From Octopus bimaculoides (lineage: Eukaryota), in NCBI RefSeq assembly GCF_001194135.2, contig NC_069000.1:28769355-28832542 (forward strand): a DNA stretch of 63,188 bases, given 5' to 3'. This document shows, piece after piece, positions 1-12,633 of the stretch. Numbering within the stretch: the first letter of the stretch is position 1; each line of letters begins with the position of its first letter. The notes under the pieces were generated by a model, which saw nothing but the letters and a program-made list of their open reading frames with translations, did not search any database and was not told the origin of the DNA. The position numbers were made by a program, and so were the translations under genes.

Positions 1-54
1 AAAACAAGAACCGCCACATTCTGATAATCAATTGAGAAAAGTTGAAGTGTGGTC

Positions 55-778
55 GTTTTACTCTTTTACTTGTTTCAGTCATTTGATTGCGGCCATGCTG
101 GAGCACCACATCTAGTCAAGCAAATGAACCCCACAGCTTATTCTTTGTAAGCCTAGTATTTATTCTATCGGTCTCTTTTGCCGAACCGCTAAGTTACAGG
201 GACGTAAACACACCAGCATCGGTTGTCAAGTGATGTTGGGGACACACACAGACACACAAACATATATACACACACATACATATATATTAGAAAAAATAAT
301 AAGGTACTCAGAGATCTGGATGGTTGTACATTTACAGATTTTCATTAATATGTCACGTTTTTATAAATCATACATTAGCACTTAAATCTACTCTACAAAT
401 AGATTCTTCAGAAATCTGAAGAATCTATTAGAGTAGATGCAAGCGCTAATATATGATTTATAAAAACATGTGACATATTAATAAAAATCTGTAAATATAC
501 AACCATCCAGATCTCTGAGTACCTTATTATTTTTTATAATATATAATACCTGTATATCACCTCCAAACTTTCTAATATACATATATATATATATATATAC
601 ATACACGACGGGCTTCTTCCAGTTTCCGTCTACCAAATCCACTCACAAGGCTTTGGTTGGCCCGAGGTTATAGTAGAAGACACTTGCCCATGGTGCCACG
701 CAGTGGGACTGAACCCAGGACCATGTGGTTGGTAAGCAAGCTACTTACCACACAGCCACTCCTGTGCCTTTATTTACA
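55..778 (-). mobile_element. tRNA-derived SINE (family A, octopus-type), interrupted in its TA/CA middle by a palindromic element
   Basis: Minus strand head has A-box-like TGGCTGTGTGG and B-box-like GGTTCAGTCCC (about 705-760). The body recurs at 5068-5440, 35135-35390, 36106-36345, 58830-58965, 60810-61010, 61385-61590 and 62880-63030. Confidence 0.85.
291..535. repeat. Near-perfect 245-bp palindrome (fold-back/MITE-like element)
   Basis: Arm 291-412 is about 90% identical to the reverse complement of 415-535, with a 2-nt centre at 413-414. A possible outer TIR is TATATTAGAAA (283-293) / TTTCTAATATA (569-579). Confidence 0.9.
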
Positions 779-1149
779 TTTTTTATATATGTATAACAAT
801 ATTTATATATATGTTATATATATGTGTACGTGTAACAATGTAAGTGTATATATATGTGTGTGTGTGTAACAATGTATGTGTATATATATATAACAATAAC
901 CTGTGTTTACATTTTCAATTCGATTCTCTTCAGCTTTATTCTTCTTACAGACTCACACAGAGAAGTACATATATACAAATATATAAATAAATAAATAAAT
1001 AAATCGGCTTTAAAAATACAAAAGAAAAGATCTTTTAAGCTAATTAATACTGGATGGTATAAGCTTGTTAATGAAAATTTGTCCCATACAACCGGACATT
1101 TGAAAAAAAAAAAAAGTCAAACTTCTATAAGCTAGACAACTCAACTTTC

Positions 1150-1440
1150 TTGAATCAATACTCCATGCAATTGTCGAACCCCTGCCCCCCCTCTCTTCTA
1201 TCAATTTACTCTAGCCACTTTCTTCGCATAACCCCCCCCTCTCCTAGTGTACTCTTCTGCTCTACTCTCCTTTCTCTACCCTGACATCCCCTATCACAAC
1301 CCCACTCTTTTCTCATCTTCATTTCCCTTACTCCTCTCTCCCAGTGCATGTTTCTGCTCTCTTCTCTCCTTATCTTCACTTCTCCTACTTCCCTTTTTCC
1401 CCTGATATACCTATCATGACCCCCTCTCTTTGCACTTGCC
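1150..1440. repeat. Pyrimidine-rich (CT) low-complexity tract
   Basis: Composition only; the minus-strand ORF 1206-1442 is a G/R/E-rich artefact. Confidence 0.6.
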
Positions 1441-1544
1441 AATCAATTACATGTCATAAAGAAAGAAGTAACACAGTCAAGATGGCAACCTAGAAGGACA
1501 CAAGAATAGACCCATTCCTCCAAGCTTGGGTTGCTGCAGTATAT

Positions 1545-2292
1545 GACGACAGGAACATTGGGGTCAAAATCTATGATGTTTTGTGGGTAGCCAGGAGCAT
1601 TATCTAAAATAAATAAAACCTTAAATGGAATTCCCTTCTCTGTACAGTACTTCTCTAATGCTGGGATAAAATGATTGAAAAAAACCAATCTTCAAATACA
1701 ACAACAATAAACCATGCTTTTGAATTAGCTATCCATATAACAGGGAGAGATGCCTTGGCTTTGTTCTTCAGGGCTTGGGGGTTTTGTCTACGTTAAAACT
1801 CTGTTCGGGAAGAAACCTGTTTTCTTTGATGATTTTCTTTAATGTATTAGGAAATTCCATTGCTGCTTGTTCGTCAACTAATGCATTTTGCTTCTTAATG
1901 GAGTGATAACTTCTTCGCACCTTAAATCTCACGAGCCATCCCTGACTTGCCTTGAACTCTACATCTTCCTCATCAGGATATTTTTTCTTCAGGTCCTCAA
2001 ACAAAGACAATGCTTTCTCTTGAATGATTTCTTGACTAATAGTAGCACGCTGACAATTCAACCTAACAATCCAAAGAGAAAGAAGACTTTCCATTTCTTC
2101 AAAGATTTGGCTTCTTTTCTCATTGATGACAGTATTCTTCATCCCTGGGGCTTCAGATTTGATATGTACTAAAATCTTGTCTTTATTATGTACAAGCGTC
2201 AATACAGTTGTTCAACTCATCCCAAAAGATCGTGCAATTGCTACTGCTTTTTCACATTTTTCATGGCGTTTTATCATAGCCAGTTTATCTTA
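1545..2292 (-). mobile_element. Tigger/pogo transposase fragment (N-terminal HTH, CENP-B HTH, part of DDE domain), internally deleted
   Basis: Translations KLAMIKRHEKCEKAVAIAR, EMESLLSLWI...IQEKALSLFEDLK...FKASQGWLVRFK, EQSFNVDKT and KVLFILDNAPGYP are typical of Tigger/TIGD proteins. Confidence 0.9.
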
Positions 2293-3982
2293 TGATAAAA
2301 CGCCATGAAAAAGGTGAGAAAGAGGTGAAAGTGCATCAGCTGACAAACAAGCAGCAGTGGAATTTCTGAATGCATTAAAGAAAATCATCAAAGAAAATGG
2401 GTTTCCTCCCGAACAGATTTTTAACGTAGACAAAACTGGAAAAAATTGCCAGACCATTCATTCATTTCCAAGGAGGAGAAAACTATTCCAGGCTACAAGA
2501 CCTCAAAAGAATGTGTGATCATTTTGTTGGGAGGTAATTGTGCAGGAGATTTTAAGTTAAAGTCGTTGCTTGTGTATCATGCACACAACCTCTATGCCCT
2601 GAAGAACATACCCAAGGCATCTCTCCCAGTTATAATGATGGCTAATTCAAAAGCATGGGTTACTGTTGTTTTTGAAGGTTGGTTCTTCAATCATTTTATC
2701 TCAGCAGCAGAGAAATACTTACTGTAAGGAGATGGGAATTCTTTTTCATGTTTTACTTATCTTAGATAATGCTCTTGGCCACCCGCAAAATATTGTAGAT
2801 TTTGACCCCAATGTTACCGTCATATACCTCCATCCGAATACCACGTCTCTTTTGCAGCCAATGGATCAAGGAACAATTGCTATCGTCAAACATTACTATA
2901 TGAAGCATACGCTGTGGCAAGCAATAGCTGCAACTGATCCCGATAAGTCCATCACACTTCGTGACTTTTGGAAGAGATACGGTGTCTACAAGGCTGTACA
3001 GAACATAGCAACAGCAGGGAATGATGTACAGAGCACAGCTATGAATGGTGTATAGAAGCTTTGCCTGCAATTTGTGAATGATTTTAAGGAATTTGATAAT
3101 GTTGCCATCAACAAAACATTGCAATGAACTATAAGCAATGAACTGGAAACGGATTTGGAGGAGGAGGATTTCACAGAACTATTTGAAAAAGACAAGCAGC
3201 CCCTGACAAATGAGGATTTCATAGAGCTTCGCGAGCAGCAAAATAAAGAAGAAGTCGAACCTGAGCCACGTCACTTTACCATTAAGAAAATGCAGCAAGC
3301 ATTTGCATATATCGTAAATGGTCTTTATATGTTCGAGGATACAGATCCAAATGCTCAATGCTTTCCCAAGATTATGGGAGCTTGTCACAAAGCTTTTGTT
3401 CCTTATAATTGTAATCCTCGAGGAAAAGAAAAAGACAGTTCAAGGAACCCTCAACCAGTTTTTTAAGTTCATCAAACAAGAACAGCCAGAGTCAGCTGTT
3501 GATGTTGATGATCCACAGCCATCTACATCTGCGATGTAAACCACTAAATTCTATGTACATACAGGTAAATTTAAAATAATTTAGTGTTTTTTTTTTTACT
3601 ATTGCAAAATAATAATAATTACTGAATTTGTTTCTTAAGCTTAAAAAATACTTTTATTTTACCATGTCTTATTGCAAACTGCATTCATAAATAAAGCGTC
3701 CGCCAAATTGTATTTGTAACTTTAGGTTATTATTTTTTTTTACTGTACTGTATTAAAAAATAAAAATTATTTGTTTGTAAGCTTAAAATAGATTTTTATC
3801 AATCATGTATTATTGAAAATGCATTCATAAATAAAGTACAGAACTAGGAATGGTAATTATCGGTTTAGCCTAGAGACAAGTAAATTCAGCCTAGCCTAGA
3901 GACAAGTTAATTTGAATTAAGTCATTTTTTGGCATGTCATGTCTCCTGGAATCAATTAACGACGTAGGGTGAGGTATGCCTG
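2291..3982 (+). mobile_element. Tigger/pogo element, DDE domain to 3' TIR, frameshifted pseudogene
   Basis: GESASADKQAA...EQIFNVDKTG, LLGGNCAGDFKLK, LILDNALGHP, TTSLLQPMDQG. It ends in GAGGTATGCCTG (3971-3982; reverse complement CAGGCATACCTC, the Tigger1-type terminus) followed by TA. Confidence 0.92.
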
Positions 3983-5067
3983 TATATATTTCATGCAAGG
4001 ACTGCTAAACCATAAAATAGACTGATTTAAAACATACCTATGTTTACAAGCATGAGTGTTAATAATTTTAAAATAAATTAAACAAAACAATTACAATGGT
4101 CATAAAATGTTCTTATGCATATACATATATACATACACACACACATACATACATATACACACACATACATCCATATAGGGCATTTTCAAAAGACTGTACA
4201 ACAGAATAATGCGACAAATTTGTAAAGAAAGTAATATGCTTGATACAGAATGAAATATAGCTTATTACAAGTGGCATTAACTTTATTGCCCCGAATGGGG
4301 ATGAAAGGATCAAAATTGATGTTGGAATATGAAGTAAGAATGCAACTAAACATTGTAAGATATTTAGCTGTTCAAATCATCACTCAGCACTCAGACCTTA
4401 TAATCAAATGCAGGTTTGAGTGCAAATATTGAGCAGGTCTGATCATTGCAAATATTTTTCAGGCATAGTGCATTTTAGTTTACATTATCCTTGTATCTTT
4501 GTTTTTAAGATGTTAGTGTGCACTGATGGAGATTTAGCTACTATTTCAAGCAACTTCAGTGACAATGATCCCTTGTTGGCTTGTAAGACATCTAGTCCAG
4601 TACAGTTTCTACCAACCTGTCACCCCTTTATTACTCAATCTACATATTAACACAACCAAGTGATTTTTTTTTTTTTTTTTTTTTGTAAATTTGAGTAGAA
4701 TAGAACAGAATTTCAAGGCCATATCAAAAGGTTAAATTGAAGCGAACAATATTTTTAAAGCTATATTTCAGAGATAACGTCAGGCTAGAAGCAAAAGAAC
4801 TTTTTGTGAGGTACAGTTCTTTAATGGATGGACAGACAGATGGAGAGAGGGATGGGTGGGTGTATATATGTATATATCTTTTTTTCATGTATGTATGCTG
4901 TGTACAAACAATAAAGCATATTATTCAGTGCACACGAAAGTGTTAATCTTAGCTGTAGACTTTCCATAAATCAATTGTTGGCAGTGCAACTGATAGAGTT
5001 GCTAAGTCAGCTTCCTCACAGGATATTTCTATCTACTTAGCATTTCCTACACAACTACATGCATCGT

Positions 5068-5440
5068 TTATCTTTTACTTGTTTCAGTCATTTTGGCTGT
5101 GGCCATGCTGGGGCACTGTCTTGAATAATTTTTAGTCAAACGAATTGATCCCAGGACTTTTTTTGTTAATCCTCGTACTTATTTTATCAGTCAGTGCTGA
5201 ACCGAGTTACGGGGACATACACTCACCAATACTGTTGCCAAGCAGTGGTGGGAGACAAACACAGACACAAACACACAATGGGCTTCTTTTAGTTTCCATC
5301 TACCAGATCCACTCACAAGGCTTTGGTCAACCTGAGGCTATAGTAGAAGACACTTGCCTAAGGTGCTATGCAGAGGGACTGAACCCAGAACCATGTGGTT
5401 GGGAAGCAAACATCTTACCACACAGCCACACTCCAGTATT
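5068..5440 (-). mobile_element. tRNA-derived SINE family A, near full length
   Basis: Colinear with 55-778 without the palindrome insert. Confidence 0.85.
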
Positions 5441-5454
5441 TGGCTAGAACTTTA

Positions 5455-5880
5455 CTTTATTAACACCAGAGGGATGAAAGACAAAGTTGACCTAGGCAGG
5501 ATTTAAACTCAGAATGTAAAAAGCATTTTTCTGCTGCTCTACTGATTTTGCTCATCTGCCTTAATAATAATAAGAAGAAGAAGAAGGGCTTCAAATTTTA
5601 GCACAAGGTCAGTAATTTTGCAGGAAGGGTTTAAGTTGATGACATTAATCCCAGTACTTGACCCTTCAAGGAATAATAATTTCAAATTTAAGCACAAGAG
5701 AATGGGGTAAGTCAATTACATCAACCCAGGTGTTCAGCTGGTACTTATTTTATCGACCTCAAAAGGGGGAAAAGTAAAGTGGACCTCAATGGAATTTGAA
5801 CTCAGAACAAAGATAAACAAAGTACCACTAAGCATTTTGCATGGCATGCTAACAATTCAGCCAGCTCACCATCTTAATAA
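5455..5880 (-). mobile_element. Two degenerate copies of SINE family B (about 5455-5560 and 5700-5880)
   Basis: Shared motif CTGGTACTTATTTTATCGAC...GAATTTGAACTCAGAAC (minus-strand B-box GAGTTCAAATTCC). Also present at 24420-27085, 40590-40765 and 51165-51370. Confidence 0.75.
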
Positions 5881-7299
5881 TAACAATAATAATAATAATG
5901 ATAATTTGCCTTTGAGAAATCTGTCTGTAATCAAAACAATCATAAAATTAGTTGTTCAAGTAAAATAGCAAAAAACTAACTTGAGTTTGGCCTGATTTGG
6001 CAAATAACAAAAATATGCTCTGTGGAATATATTTGTTTGTGATGAAGAAACATGAAGTCTAATGTTTCAGGCTGGACTCTTCATCAGAGAGAGGGAGGGG
6101 GGAGAAAGAGAGAAACAGACAGATAAGGAGAGAGAGAAATGAAATGTTTACAGAGTTAACTGCATGGTCTAATTACAGCAACTAATAGTTGATGTAGATT
6201 ATAAATATTAGACATAGTGAGTGATTACTTTACCATGGGCCTTGTGCTTTCATTTTTCACTGAGTGCATTTAACATTTTATTCTTTATTTATTTATTATT
6301 TCATTTAATTTTAATTACATAGATTTGTGAATAACTCAATTCAACACTTGGTTCTTGAGAAAGAAATCCTTTGAGCATAACTTCTGGTTCTCGAGGAGAA
6401 ATTCTAAGACTTACCATAATGTTTTAGTTTACTTTAAACGTATACTGTGGCCACTATATTTTTCTTTCTCCTTATTTATAAACATTTTCATTTATTTATA
6501 TATGTATCATATATATGTACCTCCCGCCACCACACACACACAGCTATATATAATATCCAACGCACACACACACAGACACATTCATTTCATCACACACACA
6601 TATATTTATATAAACATATCCCTACTATACATGTATGTGGTGAGTTTTAGAAATTTGGATATTTGTAGAACTGAACTGATGAAACCAATGTTTCACAGCT
6701 GCAAAAGATTCCAGCAAGTAACAGTTTAACCACAAAATGGAATTGGTACATATTTTACTCAGTCAGATAGATGGATTGACAAAACGACAGTTTAGCTAAT
6801 AAGTTAGATTTGCTCATTATACTGAGTTTGATAGTAATAACTTAACTGTTACAATTTGAATGAATGGCATTGCTGGGAAAAAATAATTTTTAAAGTCTAT
6901 TTGTGTACATTATTGTACATCAATACAGTGGTTCTCTTATTTTTAACCTGCAAGTATAAAGAAAACTAGGGCTTCACTAAAGAGATCTAATAAGATGGAA
7001 ATATGACTGGAATTTGTCAACCACACTTGCCAAGATCAGATATTATTCAACTTGGAAGACCAGTAAATGCCATAAACATTAAACTTTCCTCCAGATAGAA
7101 ATCAATAAAAAAGAAATCTTTTTTTCCATGCTTACATAAAGTATTATGGTACTGGCATAGCATTAACAGAAGCTAACAGTTCTAAATGAGTAATCTAATA
7201 ACTTAATTCTTTTATGCTCATGTTTCTAATGAAACACACTGTCTATTTGTTTCATTTCCTTTAGTAAACGATCAGGAACTTGTAAGGGTTTGTCATTAA

Positions 7300-7888
7300 C
7301 CCTTCACCACTCAGATTACTCTGTTAAATATAATGCTTTTTTAAATTCAAATCATTTTGAAGTAATCATAGCTTCAAGATGTCAATGAAGTGATTGTTTA
7401 TTTTGCATCATAGTATCAAAGATGGTCTCGTGTAGGCTGGTGTTAAAGTAATTAACCCTTTCGTGTTTAAACCGACCATATCAGGCCCAAATACCTGATT
7501 CATATTAAAATCAGCCAGCTTTGGCCTTACGCCCACTCTACAATGTCATTCTAAATCTAAATAATCACATCACCAAAATCTTGAGGCTACATGATAATAC
7601 ACGATTAATTAAAAACAAAGTGAATAAGTATTACATTGACAGAGCAATCTGAATGCTAAAAGTGTTAACTCTTTAGCATTGAAACCAGCCATATCCAGCC
7701 AAAATAATCTGTCTGTTTAATCTTCAAACTGGCCTGATACGGTTTTTCACACTTACCCTACAATAGTATTCTAAAAATAAACAATCACGTCACTGAAATC
7801 TCAAAGCTACTAAGTAAGGCATGACTAATTTATACCAATGTGAATAAATAAGCATTACATTTGACAGAGTAATCTGAATGCTAAAGAG
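7300..7888. mobile_element. Chain of three piggyBac-like MITEs joined at shared TTAA sites
   Basis: TTAA at 7296-7299, 7452-7455, 7665-7668 and 7889-7892. Termini are C(C/T)CTTTAGCATT...AATGCTAAAG(A/G)G. Units 7456-7664 and 7669-7888 are direct copies; 7300-7451 is an inverted, shorter, more decayed copy. Confidence 0.8.
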
Positions 7889-10369
7889 TTAAATATATTT
7901 TAAAACAAGAAGTTCGTATTGTAGAACAAGAGGCGCTACTAACATCCATTATATCTATACTAAATATGGAGAATTAAGATATCAAATCTTTAGTAGAAAC
8001 AGAAACTAAACAATATAGTTGCATGTAGTCTGGTACTCTACTGTTGTTTGTGTTGTTTAGCCCCAGGTCAGTCCTGATTAAGTAAACCTATGATTAAAAG
8101 ATGTTCCAGGCATGACAATGCCATTTATAATATTNNNNNNNNNNGTATCTGTGATTTAGGTGGTCAGTTGGCAGGATTGTTAAAACATCACATACAATGC
8201 ATTGTAGTATTTGTTGTGACTGTCTGCGCTCTGTGTTCAAATCTCACTGGGGTCAAGTGCAGCCCTTTCTCCTTCAAGCTGTCACATGTTGGATATTCTG
8301 TGGGGTCAAAGCAGGCAAGGTGCCTGTATCTGCTTATGAAACAATTATCAAAATTATATAGTATATACTAACAAGTCATCTTCAATTCTGAGTGACAATT
8401 ATAGTTTTTAGATATTTAGAATTTTATCCAATGTGTCACTAATTTTTTTTTTTTTTACATACTAAAGATATCATCTGTGAGTGATTTAACAACTATCTCT
8501 AGCAGGTTGTGCAACCTCATAGAAGTTCCCTTATTGGCTTGTTTCTACCTCTAGTTATATCTCAGATCATTACTGTGAATGGTTTTATGCATGGACACAA
8601 AGCCACAAACTTATAATCGATGGATATAGCTGAATTAGATGCTTGCAACTTATTTCATTGAAACCCTTAAGGAATAAACAAAGTTGACAACAAAAAGATA
8701 GAGAATGAATGATCCAGTGATGCAGTTGGTCTTTTCTGTTGGAGTCATAGATTTTGAAATTTTAAAATTAAATGAAAATTTTAAAACTTGGTATATTGAT
8801 GTAATTTTTCCATGCTGAATCCAATTTTGTGATTTATTTATTCCAGAAAATGTTTAAATATATTACAGAGGTTTAAAGTTTGATCATTTTTACCCAATCA
8901 GAAAACAGGATTTGGAAGCTGGCAATTTCTGCATGATAGCTGTCTATCACAAAATAGAAGCAAAAACATTATGATGGCAAAGTTTTGAAAAACAAAATAA
9001 AAGCAAAAACATTACAACAAAAGTTCTAAGAAGTTTTAAAAAGTTTTAATGAATAAAGTTAGGTGAAACAGTTAAACAGGAAACATTTCTGCTCATTCAC
9101 CACTCTAACTCCAACAAATTATTAAGCACAATAGATAATAAGGTGGTAAAGAAGTGATTTTAATTTATAACATTTTGACAAAATAGCAGTGAATATTTGG
9201 TGACCAGAGAACGATAAAAAAGGAAATATCACTCTCTGCATGTTGAGGCCACAATTTAAAGGTAGAAGTAGTAGTCTCACATAAGAACCTACAGTATACT
9301 AGTGACATTGTAACTATCAATTCTGCTACCAACCCCTCATAATGATGAAGAAGATGATTTTCTTCCACTCGTATATAAATAAATAAAATATAAATTTTGC
9401 AGAAAAGCATTCATCATAAATTACTTCATTTTTTGTTGCAGCTAGACCTAACACATCATAAAACAAATACCATCATGATTGATATCCAGGCTACAGTGGT
9501 GAAGATAAGCCACTGAATTTGGTTAAAAAGGAATGATGAGCAGTGGCTCAAAATATTAACTGAACCCTAGTAACCAGTTGATCTAGCAAGTAGGGCTTCA
9601 TCTTAGTGAGGGGATGGGGTGGGGGTGCAATAGCACTTTTGAGCGGACGGCCTTGAAATGGCACACGTTCTCTCCTGATAACCCCATAAGCTTGCTAATT
9701 CCTGGTATGCACTTGTTTCTGCGAGTTGTTTGCAAACAATCTAAAAATTTTGAAAATGTTTCTGTTCAGAGAATATTCTAAAAGTAAGACATTTCTTCAT
9801 AAACATTCTATACTTATGAACTGTTTCTTCAAAAAATATTCTAAAGAGTTATGTTTCATAAACTCAATTGAAAATAGCAGCTATTTACTTAAAATTCTAC
9901 CACAAGGAACAGACTTATCTAACTTTCTCTATAGAAATTATTGAAGTATGTGCATGTTCATGTGTGTGCACACACACACACACACACATACATATACATA
10001 CACTTATATACTATATGCATAGAAGTTTGCATTTATTAGTATACAAAAACATAATCATCAAATAATTAAAAGTTATTTATAAATTAATTACATTGATGTT
10101 GTACAAGTGATTTCTTATATAGGCAGGAAGAGATTCTCAAGAATAAGATTGTTTGATGTTCCAGCCTAATTGGAAGGTTTTAAGTAACCTAAATCAAGTG
10201 AAATAGTTACAACTGTAAATGAAAATCAAATCAGACTCGACCAGATTGTATCTGCATTACGATAATATTAATTCTTTTGAAATATAGATGTTTGAGACAT
10301 CTGAATAAAGTTGTTTTATATATATATATATATATATATACACATACATACATATATATATACATATAT

Positions 10370-11346
10370 NNNNNNNNNNNNNNNNNNNNNNNNNNNNNNN
10401 NNNNNNNNNNNNNNNNNNNNNNNNNNNNNNNNNNNNNNNNNNNNNNNNNNNNNNNNNNNNNNNNNNNNNNNNNNNNNNNNNNNNNNNNNNNNNNNNNNNN
10501 NNNNNNNNNNNNNNNNNNNNNNNNNNNNNNNNNNNNNNNNNNNNNNNNNNNNNNNNNNNNNNNNNNNNNNNNNNNNNNNNNNNNNNNNNNNNNNNNNNNN
10601 NNNNNNNNNNNNNNNNNNNNNNNNNNNNNNNNNNNNNNNNNNNNNNNNNNNNNNNNNNNNNNNNNNNNNNNNNNNNNNNNNNNNNNNNNNNNNNNNNNNN
10701 NNNNNNNNNNNNNNNNNNNNNNNNNNNNNNNNNNNNNNNNNNNNNNNNNNNNNNNNNNNNNNNNNNNNNNNNNNNNNNNNNNNNNNNNNNNNNNNNNNNN
10801 NNNNNNNNNNNNNNNNNNNNNNNNNNNNNNNNNNNNNNNNNNNNNNNNNNNNNNNNNNNNNNNNNNNNNNNNNNNNNNNNNNNNNNNNNNNNNNNNNNNN
10901 NNNNNNNNNNNNNNNNNNNNNNNNNNNNNNNNNNNNNNNNNNNNNNNNNNNNNNNNNNNNNNNNNNNNNNNNNNNNNNNNNNNNNNNNNNNNNNNNNNNN
11001 NNNNNNNNNNNNNNNNNNNNNNNNNNNNNNNNNNNNNNNNNNNNNNNNNNNNNNNNNNNNNNNNNNNNNNNNNNNNNNNNNNNNNNNNNNNNNNNNNNNN
11101 NNNNNNNNNNNNNNNNNNNNNNNNNNNNNNNNNNNNNNNNNNNNNNNNNNNNNNNNNNNNNNNNNNNNNNNNNNNNNNNNNNNNNNNNNNNNNNNNNNNN
11201 NNNNNNNNNNNNNNNNNNNNNNNNNNNNNNNNNNNNNNNNNNNNNNNNNNNNNNNNNNNNNNNNNNNNNNNNNNNNNNNNNNNNNNNNNNNNNNNNNNNN
11301 NNNNNNNNNNNNNNNNNNNNNNNNNNNNNNNNNNNNNNNNNNNNNN
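10370..11346. other. Assembly gap (others: 8135-8144, 12623-12632, 17085-17184, 24999-25008, 31498-32053, 35391-36105, 60028-60808)
   Basis: Runs of N, mostly flanked by TA microsatellites. Confidence 0.99.
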
Positions 11347-11406
11347 ATATATATATATATATATATAGGCAGACAGACATAGACAAGCAGACAGACATAG
11401 ACAGAG

Positions 11407-11441
<35 letters not shown>

Positions 11442-11459
11442 AGTTTTGGCCAGAATTGG

Positions 11460-12600
11460 CCCAGGTCATGTCTAACATTTAATGATGTTTCATATTACAG
11501 TCATTCTTTGGGCACCACAGCCCATTTGAGTAAAGTGTTATTGTTTACAGAGGTATATCCAGGTGTAGATTTACCTGGAATTTGTTGAAGATATTCATCC
11601 AGAGCTCGTTTGAATGTTATGAACTCTTTTGCTTCTCTTATGTTTCTTTGTACGATGTTAAAGAGAGCAGGGTCAGTTGAGGTGAAACAGTTCTGTTTTA
11701 GTGTTGTGATATGATGAGAGCATAATTTCTGTAGGACAGAATGCATGGGGCCAAGGCCTGGTTCTAATCTTAAAGTTGATGCCAACATCATATGAGCAGT
11801 GCTGTTGGAATATTTTCCACATCATTCCAATGGTATAGTGCTCACAGAAGCATTGAGGAGAATAAAGTTTGAGGTCATGAGTGATTACATTCCAGTTAGC
11901 ATTGTGTAGATCCATGAGATCAAAATGGTGAGCAAGATTGTACAGCATCATTTTTGGTTGCTAGAATCTCAAACTATAGAGAACCATATCATGGTGCTAC
12001 TGTAATATTATGGAAAGCATTAGTTTGGTTACTAAACACTAAGTCCAATGTGTTTTTGTTGAATCTCATTGGTATGAGCACGAGTCGAGATAGTAAAAGT
12101 TCATTCATGGATTCAAACAGTGATTCCACTGCTGCTTTCTCTGGGGTTAAAATGCACACACTTATCTTCAAGGTATGAGTAGACCAATCAACACAGGGGA
12201 AATAAAAGTCACCCATTTTTGAAACATTATTAGATTGGTATTGGTGCCTGTAGAGTCCAATTATTACTAAATCATTAGTTTTGTTATACATAAACACTGA
12301 TTTACAATAGCCATGGGAAAATTAAACATTTGTACCTGTGGTAAATGAGTCGTGTTGAGAAACAGCAACTCCTCCCTTTCTGGTGCAGTCTGCGCAAATG
12401 GTAGTGTAGTTCCTCACCTTTACTTCAGCTTCCGAATGAAAGTTATTGAGGTGGGTCTTAGTAAGAATGAAGAAAGGAATGTGGTAAGGGTAGTCAGCAA
12501 ACTAGTCTTGAATGAAATAAACCTTCCATCTTTTTGAATTAAAGGATGGTCTGATGCCTTGTGCCTTCAGCAAAAATGTTGAGATTGGAATAAGCGCTTG
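11460..12600 (-). mobile_element. CR1-like LINE remnant: APE endonuclease joined to the 3' end, RT domain deleted
   Basis: RGGVAV, GDFYFPCVDW and PMRFNKNTLDLVFS endonuclease motifs. The C-terminus PALFNIVQRNIRE...FKRALDEYLQQIPGK.TPGY resembles CR1/L2-group ORF2 ends. No RT motifs lie between about 11950 and 11990. Confidence 0.75.
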
Positions 12601-12633
12601 AAAGAAACGCCTGTGCATGTGTNNNNNNNNNNA

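Noticed and set aside
6061-6087. Other hammerhead-like cores (minus CTGATGA..GAAAC here; CTGATGAAGGG near 59420; TTGATGAAGACTGT near 32742)
   Set aside because: Stem II is broken or GAAA is missing and stem I cannot form; at most decayed PLE ends.
10231-11588. Long ORFs of 270-425 aa here and at 31487-32110, 35230-36227 and 59937-60840
   Set aside because: They are translations of N gaps plus TA/CA microsatellites.
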